From: Octopus bimaculoides
Lineage: Eukaryota
DNA: 64,000 nucleotides
NCBI RefSeq assembly: GCF_001194135.2
Contig: NC_068998.1
Span: 3,511,584 to 3,575,583 of the forward strand
Reading direction: 5' to 3'
Shown: in pieces, positions 39,373-52,470 of the stretch
How the letters are laid out: each line of letters starts with the position of its first letter
Numbering within the stretch: the stretch's first letter is position 1
Notes under the pieces: generated by a model
The model's database searches: none
Told to the model about the DNA's origin: nothing
Seen by the model: only the letters and a program-made list of their open reading frames with translations
Position numbers and translations under genes: made by a program

Positions 39373-40991
39373 AGTCAAGTTTATAGTGATTGTCAAAGTT
39401 TCAAGTGTTTGGGTTTATATTTTAATTATTCTGTGTGTGTGCGTGCGTGAGAAAGAGAGAGAGGATGTGTCTCCATGTATATGTGTATGTGAGAGAGAGG
39501 GGGGGGGGAAGCATAACAGTTAGTCTGGTAAATGGAACTAATCAACAATATCAACAGCAACAGACATAATGATGATGGTCTGGTGGCTGGAGACATTTAT
39601 AGAGCTGACCTGGTTACTCAAAGTACACAAGCACCAGAATAAATTATGTTTATAAACACACACAAACGCATGCATGCATACAGACAGACACATGCATGCA
39701 TGCACGCACACATGCACACATACACACGTATATGCACACATACACACACACACAGAAGACAAAAATTCTAGGAATTACTTGCAGCAATTCTGCAGCAATC
39801 ACATGATGCATAAAGGCTAAAAGCACTCACCAGTACCATATTTGGTTGATACAAAAGAAGAAGAACAACAACACTAGTGTACAAATGACACAAGGACCCA
39901 TCACTGGTTATGCCAGTCCTACATGGGTCCCAAACTCTCCATAACAAATCACAAACTTACAAAATATATACAAAATCATTTACATCCAGGCTGCACAAAG
40001 ACCACCTACACCATGAATAAAGGCACACCAAATAGAAGACAGCCTGGATATGCAAGAAGCACAGATTGTCGCTGCAGCTAGTTTCCATCCCAACATCCAG
40101 CTTCTTCACAGCTGGAAATTAACCCAGGACTGGTCACTATGGATAATTGGATATTAAAATTTTAGTTTCAAGCTTTGGCACGAGACCAGTAAATTCAGGA
40201 GAAGGATAGTTGATTCCATCCCGAAAGGATGAAAGGCAAAATCAGCCTTGGTAGGATTTGAACTCAGAACATAGAGACAGATGAAATGCCGCTAAGCATT
40301 TTTTCTCGCATGGTTACAATCCTGCCAGCTCATTGCATCGCCTTGGATAAAGAGAGGGGGGATATAGTGCTATAGCATTGAAAAATAAATTGGATAATAA
40401 CAATAAAAAAAAATACCCCCAAAAACGAAAGCTACCTGCTTGGACTGCCACATTGCACTCCACAAAGTAAATCACTGCATGTGGGAGTGCACAACAGGGA
40501 CCTTAACTTGAAGTACTGACTCGGTTCCTAGGGACTCTTGGGGCCGGTTACTTCCCATGGTGCATAAGTGACTGAGATCATAATGTTCCCCTTGAATGAA
40601 AATGCCAGTCAATCAGAGGGTTACTTATTTACAGCTGATTGAAGTGGATGAGTGAAATGTGAAATGAAGTGTTTCACTCCAGAACACAACACATCACCCA
40701 GTTCAGGAAGCAAAAACCATGGCTCTGTGATCGTGAGGGCAACGTCGTTAGCACTAAGGCCATGTGGCTTCACACCTGATGATGATGATGATGATGATGA
40801 TGATAAAACAAACATGAGAAAACAAGCAGCTAAAGTTAAATGTTCTGAGTTGTTTGCAGGAAGTAATTGAAAGCTTTGCTACCTGAACTAGTCAAGTCAA
40901 GTACAATGGCATGCAGAGCTGGACTCTGTGTCAGGTTTAAACGTGATTGCAAAAAAGCATGCTAAACACCATACTGACAAAGATACTCGGT

Positions 40992-41025
<34 letters not shown>

Positions 41026-44000
41026 ACAAAAAGAAATTTTATACTGAACATGTGAAAAATATGATTTTTTACTGTGAACCTTGGATAATTAAGTCAGAGG
41101 ATCATGTGTAGCATGAACTCGTGTGAAAGTTGTAGACCACAAGTTGTAAAACAACTGGCCAAGCGCCAGAATTAGCAGCTAACTTATTAAAGAAATACAA
41201 TGTCTCAATATAGACATGTAAATTATTGCCACAGAGACTAAATAATTCAAGACACTACATTAAGTCAGTTTTAATCCAGCAGAATTATATGAGCAAAGAT
41301 GTTCCAGCCATGACTTTCCAACCTCTGTCTCTGATTACATATATCCAATGTGTTCCTTTTGATTAAAGAGGGTATGTGAAAATTTAAGAGATATTTAGCT
41401 GCTGTTGTTAGCAGGTCAGGTGATCGAGTTGAGATTTCCTTGGTGCTTTGAGTGTCATCATTAACAGGTGGGGAAAAAGCACAGAGGAAAAGAAAGAGAG
41501 GGGTGGAGGAAGATAAGTAGATTTTAAAAGGATATCCTTCTTAAAACTAGTTTTAAAACTAGATACAGCAAAGCCACCATTATTATTATTATTAGCATTG
41601 TTATCATAATGATGGGGTAACTTTGAAAGTATACTTTTGCAACCATGGGTGATACCTGAAAAAAAGGTATATTTAAATTCATCGATAAATTAAGTACCAG
41701 CTGCATACTGGAGGATGGTGTTATTGACTTACTTCCAACTCTGAGCTTGCTGGCCTTGTATTATTGCTATAACTAATACTACTGCTGTTGCTGCTACTTC
41801 CAAAGCTAAAAATATTCCTACTATGAGATGATGATGATGATGATGACAAAAAGTTGGCCTCCCTCCCTCCCTCTTCTGATTACTAAATGTTTATAGCACT
41901 GTATCATTTTCTAATTGACATCTTATTGAGTTGACATGTGACGGTCTTTATCATTCCTTGCCTCTTCCCTGTTCAGCAATAGTTGCTCTTATCTGTGTTT
42001 CACCATGTCCATGTCTACACACACACACACACACCACTACCAGCATGTCTCAATCTTCTTGATGCACCCTGACTTATCTATTTTATCAGTCATTCTTTTA
42101 ATAGAGAGAGATAGAATGCTTATAATGAGTCATCCCCATTTATGCTTCATGCCTAACACTGTCACAACCACCACCACCACCTACAAGTCTATAGGAGGCC
42201 CCTATGCGTTGTTGCCCTGCTAGAAATAGCAACCAAATCTCCCACAAATAACATCACCATAACCATTTTAGAAAATGGGATGAATGCATTGAATAAAATA
42301 GTTCTGGCTATTTTAAAACGACAGGATGATGGAGTGTCTTTGATCACAGATCAATTGTTAGGACTGACCAAGGGCTAAACAGCCATCACACCTTCATTAC
42401 CAATCTGTGAGCCAATCACTGAACCTACTAGAAATAACAGCTAAATTCCCTCAGATCACACCTTACTTTCTTAAAGCAAAAACCAATGACACAATGGATA
42501 ATGTAGTCCTAGATACACTTTGAAGAACATATTTGAAGTTTGCTTCCCAACCACACAGTTCCCAGTTCTGTCCCATGGTGTGGCATCTCAGGCAAGTGTT
42601 CTTCTACGGCCTTGGGCTGACCAAAGCATTGCGAGTAGATCTGAAAGATGGAAACTGAAAGATGCCCAATTTGTTCAACTAAAATCCCCTGAGATGATGC
42701 CATAGCATGGTTACAATCCAATGACTGAAACCAGTAAAAGACAAAAAGACGGGCCTGCTGTGTCAAGGGATAAACACCACCACAAACACTAACTGGTTGG
42801 TTGAATTGGTCAAAATCTCTCCAGTAGCAGTATCATCTTCTTGGTCAGGCAGACTAAAATCAAATTTCAGTTTGTACCTTAATATCTTGTTACAATTACA
42901 GAAAGGTGTGGATAGAATTAACAGAGGTTATTGTTTAGAAAATGACACCACACCCAAGTGAATCTAAACACTCAAGTGTTCAGTGATGCAACTAGGTTGG
43001 TAGAGCAATACAATAAGAATTTCTAACAAGGTTACACAATTTGACAGAGAATTATAGTCAATTAAATTGTCACTCCTCTTCTGCCTCCTCCTCCTTGTAT
43101 TTCACTGATAATTATTTTATCAACAATGGAGAGATGAAAGGCAAAATTTGAATGGCTTCAGTGACATTTGAACTCAGATTGTAAAAGAAACGTAACTAAA
43201 ATACCATCGTTACAATAATAATTATGAATAATTAAGTGAAGGTCAGAGCAGTCTGTATTGATATTTATGTATGAAGTGCAATATTGCATAATTAAGCATG
43301 ATCATGGGTACTGAATGTAGAGAACATGCAAAAAGTGGAAATAAAAACAGCAAAGCCTACTCTGCTGAGTGTGTGGTACCAGTGAAGATGTATGCTTGAT
43401 GTAGCACAAGAATTCTGAGAGAAAGCTGGCCTTTAGAGATTGTATCAATTGTAATGTGCATGAAAGAAGACTTCACTGGTATGAAAGGTGAAGTTGACAC
43501 TGATGGACAGAGTGATAATTGGTCAATGTTGGTCATGCCTCTATACATGTATGGGCAAGATTTGGCAAGATTTTTTGTTTGAGGAAATTTAGCAATGACC
43601 CACACATGCAAGTCCTTCCTCTCCAAGCCACCAATGTTTATCAAAGGGAAAGGCAACTGATTTGGGCCAATACATCTTGGCACCAGAGTCATCACTGGTG
43701 CAATGTTTCTCTCAGAATGCTAAGAACTGGGACAGATATTGCAAACCATCTCTTGCTTGACTCTCTCAGAGCTCTGCTAATCCAATGCCTTGGGTTAGTA
43801 CTCCTCTTTTTATCAACTCTGAAAGAATGGAAAAGCAAAGATGACCTGGGCATGATTAGAACTCAGAACACACTGGGCTGAAAAGAATACTGTGAGGAAT
43901 TCTATCTGACACAACATTCTGCCAATTTGCCATATTGATAGTATTTAACCCTTTCACATTCGGATTACCCAGTCAAATGTAATGCTTGTCTATTCACATA

Positions 44001-47000
44001 GTCTTGAATTAATATTGCATTATCTTATAGCTTCAAGATTTCAATGACATGATTGTTTTTAGAATGACATTGTAGGGTAGGTGTGAAAGGTTGGGTCTGG
44101 TCAGCCTGAACATGAAACAAGTAGAATATTTTGACCAGATGTGGCTAGCTTAAATGCTAAAGAGTTAAACTTTGAAGAGAAGAGAACTAGTGAGACGTGA
44201 ACCTTGACTACAGTAATACCTCTACTCTGAAACATTTCTGCTACCATAATAACAATAATTACAATATTATTTATTCTATGGCTTATTCAGAGAAGGGAGA
44301 ATAGCACACTTGACATTTTGTGGGGTTTCAGAGACTGGTGAGAGGAAGAGAAGAAACTGTAACAATGCTTAGGAAGTATCTGTAACAATGTAGGAAGTAT
44401 TATTTGAAAATATCATATTACATTCAAACTGGAAACTTTATCTGAATGTTAAGAGGGTGAAATCCATTAAAAGGCACTCAAAGGCTAGGATGCAGTGTTA
44501 AACCAGGGAACATACTAAGTGTACCACTCAAGAATGGTTAGTCCTTCCAACAGCCTTATTACAGTTTCTGTCTAACCACTTTCAATCGAAACAATGGTAT
44601 GGTGCCATGCACCAAGATCAAAACAAGAGCCACATTGTGAAGCAGACCTCTTAACCAAACAGTTGTGCCTGGTTCCGTTTGGCATCAGATGATGACTTAA
44701 CTGATTTAAGAGGAATTATAGACAATTAGAGAACAGTTAATCTGAAGACCTTCACAACCATTGCATTTAATGTAATCACTATCAAAAGCTCTGTTTCTAA
44801 ATAAATGAGATAAGATAGGAAATTGAGCAAAGCATACACTGATTGCTACCGTGCACCACATACAAGCAACTATTGCAAATAAGGGAACCCAAGCCATTCA
44901 GGGAACCTCTACATGGTTGTTTGACTTAGTAAGCAGAAACAGTGACCAAATCTCCCTCCATTCACACACTACCATTTTAAACCTTTAGCATTCAGATTAC
45001 TCTGTCAAATGTAATGCTTATATATTCACATCGTTTTGAATTAAGATTTCAATTCTGTGATTATTTTTAGAATGAAACTGTAGGGAATGTGTGAGAGGCC
45101 AGATTTTGGTTGATGTGAACAGTTTAAATGGGTTGGATATACTCAGTTTAAATGCTAAAGGGCTAAAAAAGAAGAAGAAAAAACGGACACATTGGATTAC
45201 AGATATACAATGTCTGAAGGTGGCGAGCTAGCAGAAATGTTAGTACACCGGGCGAAATGCTTAGAGGTACTTTGTCTGTCTTTATGTTTTGCGTTCAAAT
45301 TTCACTGAGGTCGACTTTACCTTTCAAGGGTCGATAAATTAAGTACCAGTTGCATACTGAGGTCGANNNNNNNNNNTTCACGCCTTGTGCCTAGAGCAGG
45401 AAAGAATATAAACTGTCTGAAAATAATATGAGTTAGTCACAGTTGAATGCACATAGGTGTGTGTGTGTGTGTTAGAGAAATGAATTAGGACAAACTTTTA
45501 CGCATATAATTTTCACTAAGCATTTTGTTGCTTAATTTTGTGACAGACTTCAAAAACAAAGCAATAAACAAACGAACATATACGTAAACAATTAAATTAA
45601 TTAGTTTCTATATTCAAATAAAATGAGGGAAATATATATTCATAGAAAGAGGCTTTTATGAACATGTTATTGATTTTTCTTTTGTCTTTGTTGTCAATAA
45701 GATAAAATAACCTCAAGTAGATATTTAATTTAGCTAAAAACTATATTTTCATGTAAAATATTCATTCCACTTATTAAAACAGCGACATTTGGTGTCATAT
45801 GTTTCAGGTAAATAGAGGGAAACTATTGAAAATAAAATGAAAAGAAAATTGAGTAAGAGAGGTCCAATAAACACGAAAGTTGCCAGGTTATCGAGTACAG
45901 GATTGTGAGCTCAAAACCTACTTGAGTGTGGAAGAGCAAAATTCTGTTTACTTATATTATCCAGACTACCAATGGGTTATCTTTTATCATTTATTTGTTT
46001 CAGTCATTAAATTGTGGCCATGCTGGGGCACCACCTTGAAGAATTTTTAGTCAAATGAATTGACCCCCCCCTACTTACTCTCGGTCTGTTTTATTGAACT
46101 GCTAAGTTACAGGGACATAAACACACCAACACCTGTTATCAAGTGGTGGTGGGGGACAAACAAAGACACAAAGGTACACACACACACACATACACATGTC
46201 AGGCTTCTTTCAGTTTCTGTCTGACAAATCCACTCATAAAACATTGGTTGACCTGAGGCTATAGAAGACACTTGCCGAAGATATCACGCAGAGGAACTGA
46301 ACTTAAAACCATGTGGCCAGGAAGTAAGCTTCTAACCGCCTGTGCCTATNNNNNNNNNNNNNNNNNNNNNNNNNNNNNNNNNNNNNNNNNNNNNNNNNNN
46401 NNNNNNNNNNNNNNNNNNNNNNNNNNNNNNNNNNNNNNNNNNNNNNNNNNNNNNNNNNNNNNNNNNNNNNNNNNNNNNNNNNNNNNNNNNNNNNNNNNNN
46501 NNNNNNNNNNNNNNNNNNNNNNNNNNNNNNNNNNNNNNNNNNNNNNNNNNNNNNNNNNNNNNNNNNNNNNNNNNNNNNNNNNNNNNNNNNNNNNNNNNNN
46601 NNNNNNNNNNNNNNNNNNNNNNNNNNNNNNNNNNNNNNNNNNNNNNNNNNNNNNNNNNNNNNNNNNNNNNNNNNNNNNNNNNNNNNNNNNNNNNNNNNNN
46701 NNNNNNNNNNNNNNNNNNNNNNNNNNNNNNNNNNNNNNNNNNNNNNNNNNNNNNNNNNNNNNNNNNNNNNNNNNNNNNNNNNNNNNNNNNNNNNNNTTCA
46801 AGTAATCAGTCAAAAATTGGAAAATTTTGAAAAATATGCATAAAAGGCAGCAGCCATACCACAAGTTGTGACCAACTACATTAATGTAATGTCAGTAAAT
46901 ATATGGTGCTCATGTTTTTTCTACTCTAGGCACAAGGCCCAAAAGTTTTGGATCAACACCAGTATATGTAACTGGTACTTAATTTATCGACCCCAAAAGG

Positions 47001-47734
47001 ATGGAAGGCAAAGTTGACCTCAGTGGAAGGCAAAGTCAACCTCGGCGGAATATGGTGCTCATGGTGTGCACATCAAGGGTGAGGAAAAAAAAAAGAACAA
47101 TCCATGTGTATGTGTGTGTGTGTGTGTCTTTTCCATGCTGATGTGATCATCAGCATGGAAAAGACACACACAAACACACACACACACGCACACATACATA
47201 TGTCCACATACACGAACACACACATCTATACACACACGCATGTGTGTGTACTTTTAAGTGTGTACTCTAAGATGTTTTCCTGTCCCAGTTGTGCATAATT
47301 TTTTTTATTTTTTAAATGTGGTCACCAAGTCTCCTAAATCTGCTGCAATCAGTTTTAATATTCATGACACTGTATGTTATCACCAACTCATAACTAGCCA
47401 CCCAGCCGCCTAACCAGCTTACCATAGCCAATTATAGGTCATCAAGATAACATAACTTAGCTATTACACACATTCATACTGTTAGGCTCCGAGTGTCACC
47501 CCGCATACCGACATACTCAACATCTGTTATTTCTCAACAGTCAAGATTCCTGATAAAAACTGAACCTGTGTTTCATTTTCAACATTTTGACTTCCAAAGT
47601 TACAAATTTTAGGCACAAGCATGGCCGTGGGGTTAAGAAGCTTGCTTTACAATCACATGGGTTTGAGTTCAGTCCCATCGCACAGCTAGAGGGCAATTAA
47701 TGCTTTGTGAGTGAATTTGGTAAACAGAAACTGT

Positions 47735-47780
<46 letters not shown>

Positions 47781-47790
47781 NNNNNNNNNN

Positions 47791-47833
<43 letters not shown>

Positions 47834-50800
47834 CTTTGTGCATGTGTCTCCCTCCACTGCCATTGTCTGACAACTGGTGCTGGTTTGTTTACATCCCTTA
47901 TAATTTAACGGTTCAACAGAAGGAACCGATAGAATAAGTACCAGACTTAGAAAGCAAAATAAATACTGAGCTTGATTTGTGTGACTAAACTCTTCAAGCC
48001 AGTACCCCAGCATGGCTGCAGTCCAATGACTGAAGCCAGGAAAATATAAAAAGATAAAATCGCATCCCAAATGATATTTATTAACATGAAATTGGAAAAC
48101 ATTTAATCTACCACAATGAAAACCTCCTGAAGTATTCAAGAGGTCAAGATACATGTGTGTGCGCACGCACGTGAGATGGGGGAGGGGTGAGTGCTGGGCC
48201 AACAATGGACTCCAAAATAACAATGGAAGTTTAAAAAATATAAATGAGTCCATCTGTACTAATAGCGATAATGTACTGGGGGTGGGGGGAAATTTCAATG
48301 TTTCTCGCTATTATTTCAGCCACTGTTATTGTTTTTATTGTTGTTTAACCAAAAATCAGACCTGCTCCAGCTTTGACCATTTTGTTTTCTTCTACATTAG
48401 TAGGCACAGGCATAGGTGTACCAGTATGGAAGAAGAAGTTTGCTTCTTGATCATATGGTTCCAGGTTCAGACCTACTGCATGGCACCTTGGTCAAGTGCT
48501 TTTTAATGTGAGGTCAGGCTAACAAAAAAGCTTGAGTGAATTCCGTAGGCAGAAACTGAAAGACCCTGTCACACACACACACGTCTGTATGTGGCATTAG
48601 GAAGGGCATCCAGAAGTAGAAAACCATGCCAAATCAGACTGGAGTCTGGTGCAGCCTTCCAGCTTACCAACCCTGGTCAAACCATCCAACCCATGACAGC
48701 ACTGACAACAGACGTTAAATGATAGTGATGATAATCATCATCATTTAACATCCGTTGTGCATGCTGGCATGAGTTGGACAGTTTGACCGGGGCTGGCATG
48801 CTGGAAGGTTGCACCAGACTCCAGTCTGATTTGACATGGTTTTCTATAGCTGGATGCCCTTCCTAACGCCAACCACTCTGAGACTGTAAAGGATGTCCAC
48901 AGACAAGGCTTTTGTTGGCTCAAGGCTATTGTAGAAGACACTTGTCCAAGATGCCATGCAGAGGGACTGAACCCAAAGCCATGTGCTTGGGAAACAAACT
49001 TCTTACCACACCTATATAATGATGAATTTTTCACTTGTATTGATGAATGGATTGCAGCTATGCTATTGTACCACCTTATGCCATTCCTATATTTTAATTA
49101 AGTGTAATCTTAGGAAGATTTGGCTGCTATTTCCAACAGATTGAGCTACCATGCACGGGCTGCCTAGACTTTCACTCATTTCCCATCAAAAGTGTAAAAT
49201 TGGCAGAAACAGAAAGGAAGATCAGATAATTTTTCGAAAATATCAAGTTCAATGCTTCACAATATTTTAGTTCAAATTCCTGCAAAATTCAACCATTACT
49301 TTTCATTCTTTCTTCCCAGAGAAATGGGAAGAAAAAGAAAAGAACATCAGAGTTAAGAAATGATCTGTTAGCAACAGATGAATTCAAGACAGCCAGTCTT
49401 TGTTCCAAGTTGGAAAGTCTTTCTCTAATTGCCAACATATCCAAAATATTTTTAAAAAAAAGTCATGAAGCAGAAGATATTGTTTTGTATGTAAGCTTGT
49501 TTTGTAGCAGGTTAGTGTATGTATGTGGGAGAGTGTGTTTAGCAGTATATTTGTGTGGGCGTATTGTGTGTGTGTGTGTGTGTGTGTATGCGTATCTCTT
49601 TGACGTGTCAATGTGTGCTTTGTTGAGTTGCACACATCTGAAGAAGTGGTTTGACTGCTGGAGTTCTTAAACATATCGGAAGCGCTGAATAGACACAAAG
49701 ATGTAAAAAGAAACACACACATGCATACACACACGCACACACAGAGTACATTCAAACATGTTTGAATTTACAGGTCAGACTGAAGAATAAATAGATCCAA
49801 ATGGCCAAACAGGAACATTTATTCCTAAACATGTTGTCCGTAATTTAGGCCAATGGTGAGATGACAGAATCGTTAGCACATCAGATATAATGTTCAGTGC
49901 TATTTCTTCAGCAAAAGAAACTGACAGAATAAATAGCAGGCTTGGAAAAAAAAGTACTGGGGCTGATTTGCTCAACTAAAACCTTCAAGGCAGTACCCCA
50001 GCATGGCCACAGTTTAATGACTGACACAAGTAAATGATAAAAGATATATTTCTTTAGCGGGGAGTGTGGACTGAACATTGCCATGGGCCAGATATGACCT
50101 GCAAACCATATGTTTGACAGTCCAGCACTATACCACTAACCTGATGCCAAAGAAACACATATACACAAACCTACTGACAAATACACACACGAACATACAT
50201 ACACTAAACTGCTACAAAAAAAACATACACACACACATATACACTAACCTGTTACAAAATATATACTCTCACACCTGCTATAAAACATACATACATATGT
50301 GCACGTACACTGAAGCATACATAAACCCTGACCTGAAGCTACACACACACACACACACTTAAACAGATGTTTTTTCAAAAGAACAAAAAAGAAATTATAA
50401 ATTAACTGAAATGAAAAAAACAAACAAAAACAATTCCAGATTTCTCTCGTTGAGTTACTAATTAGAGTTTTATTTATAAACTATAATATAGCCATGTATA
50501 AACACTTGATGTTTAAATCGAGCACAGATCTAAATACGAGCATTTAGAAAAGAACATACTGCAGAAANNNNNNNNNNNNNNNNNNNNNNNNNNNNNNNNN
50601 NNNNNNNNNNNNNNNNNNNNNNNNNNNNNNNNNNNNNNNNNNNNNNNNNNNNNNNNNNNNNNNNNNNNNNNNNNNNNNNNNNNNNNNNNNNNNNNNNNNN
50701 NNNNNNNNNNNNNNNNNNNNNNNNNNNNNNNNNNNNNNNNNNNNNNNNNNNNNNNNNNNNNNNNNNNNNNNNNNNNNNNNNNNNNNNNNNNNNNNNNNNN

Positions 50801-52437
50801 NNNNNNNNNNNNNNNNNNNNNNNNNNNNNNNNNNNNNNNNNNNNNNNNNNNNNNNNNNNNNNNNNNNNNNNNNNNNNNNNNNNNNNNNNNNNNNNNNNNN
50901 NNNNNNNNNNNNNNNNNNNNNNNNNNNNNNNNNNNNNNNNNNNNNNNNNNNNNNNNNNNNNNNNNNNNNNNNNNNNNNNNNNNNNNNNNNNNNNNNNNNN
51001 NNNNNNNNNNNNNNNNNNNNNNNNNNNNNNNNNNNNNNNNNNNNNNNNNNNNNNNNNNNNNNNNNNNNNNNNNNNNNNNNNNNNNNNNNNNNNNNNNNNN
51101 NNNNNNNNNNNNNNNNNNNNNNNNNNNNNNNNNNNNNNNNNNNNNNNNNNNNNNNNNNNNNNNNNNNNNNNNNNNNNNNNNNNNNNNNNNNNNNNNNNNN
51201 NNNNNNNNNNNNNNNNNNNNNNNNNNNNNNNNNNNNNNNNNNNNNNNNNNNNNNNNNNNNNNNNNNNNNNNNNNNNNNNNNNNNNNNNNNNNNNNNNNNN
51301 NNNNNNNNNNNNNNNNNNNNNNNNNNNNNNNNNNNNNNNNNNNNNCAAGAAATGAAATATCTTAATTGTTTAGAAGGATAGTTAGAAGTTATTGAGAGCT
51401 TCTGTTACCTAGGTGACCAAATAAACTGTGGTGAGGGGTGGGTGGGTGCTGGGTAAGAAGAGGACAGAGAAGAGGACAGCTCAAACATGTTCAGGAAACT
51501 ATTACCTGTGTTGACAGCGAAGGGCTTCTTACAAACCATGTAATACCTGCGTATGAAATGCGATATTTCATAGTAGCAAGACATCGATACTGAGGGTGGA
51601 GGGTATGAAAAGGACGGAGGGGAAATGGGGTGAAACAAAAATGAGGTGTCAACTTGCTTGAACGATGGAGTACAAGTGTACCGAGAGAAATACTTGGCAC
51701 TGAGAAGTATTGGCAGCAGTATGCAAAAAAAAAAAAGACTATGGCAGTGTGGATATGTGATGCAAGTGAAGATCAGCATTGGGAAGAAAATGCAAGAAGT
51801 CTGCAGAAGAAGAAGGTCAAAGAAAGATATGGGCAGAAGTGGTGGGATCTAATCTCAGAAGGTTGAGCTTCACAAGAGAGATGATGAGGGCTTTGCAACA
51901 AGAGGAGAAACAACACTGACACTGGACCACATACCCGATGAAAGGATGGGAAATTAGAAATAAAAGTGTTGATTAATTGATTGATATACAGACTGACAGA
52001 TAGATATATGGTAGCTGGTATATATCTATGTCCGTGATGTGTGTATACACAAAAAACATATGTAAAAATGTGTGTGTGTATATATGTGTGTGTGTGTGTA
52101 TGTGTGTGTGGTGTGTGGTTTAGTGGTTAGGGCATTCGGCTCACAATCATAAGGTTGTGTGTTCAATTCCTGAGAATGTGTTGTGTCCTTGAGCAAGACA
52201 CTTTATTTCACATTCCTCCAGTTCAGTCAGCTGGTAAAAATGAGTTGTACTTGTATTTGAAAGGGCCAGCCTTGTCACACTGAATCTCCCAGAGAACTAT
52301 GTTAAAGGCTCACGTCTGTGGAGTTCTCAGCCACTTGCACATTGATTTCACGAGCAAGCTGTTCTGTTGATCATATCAGTTGGGACCCTTGTCATCGTAA
52401 CCGACAGAGTGCTCCATATATATATATATATATATAA

Positions 52438-52470
<33 letters not shown>

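Noticed and set aside
43357-43881. Opposite-strand ORFs of 112-120 aa
   Set aside because: No domain recognised; they run into SINE sequence and are likely retroelement debris
52115-52190. tRNA-like A/B-box sequence (also at 2125, 9325, 16843, 45217)
   Set aside because: No acceptor stem or cloverleaf; each continues into a SINE body, so these are SINE heads
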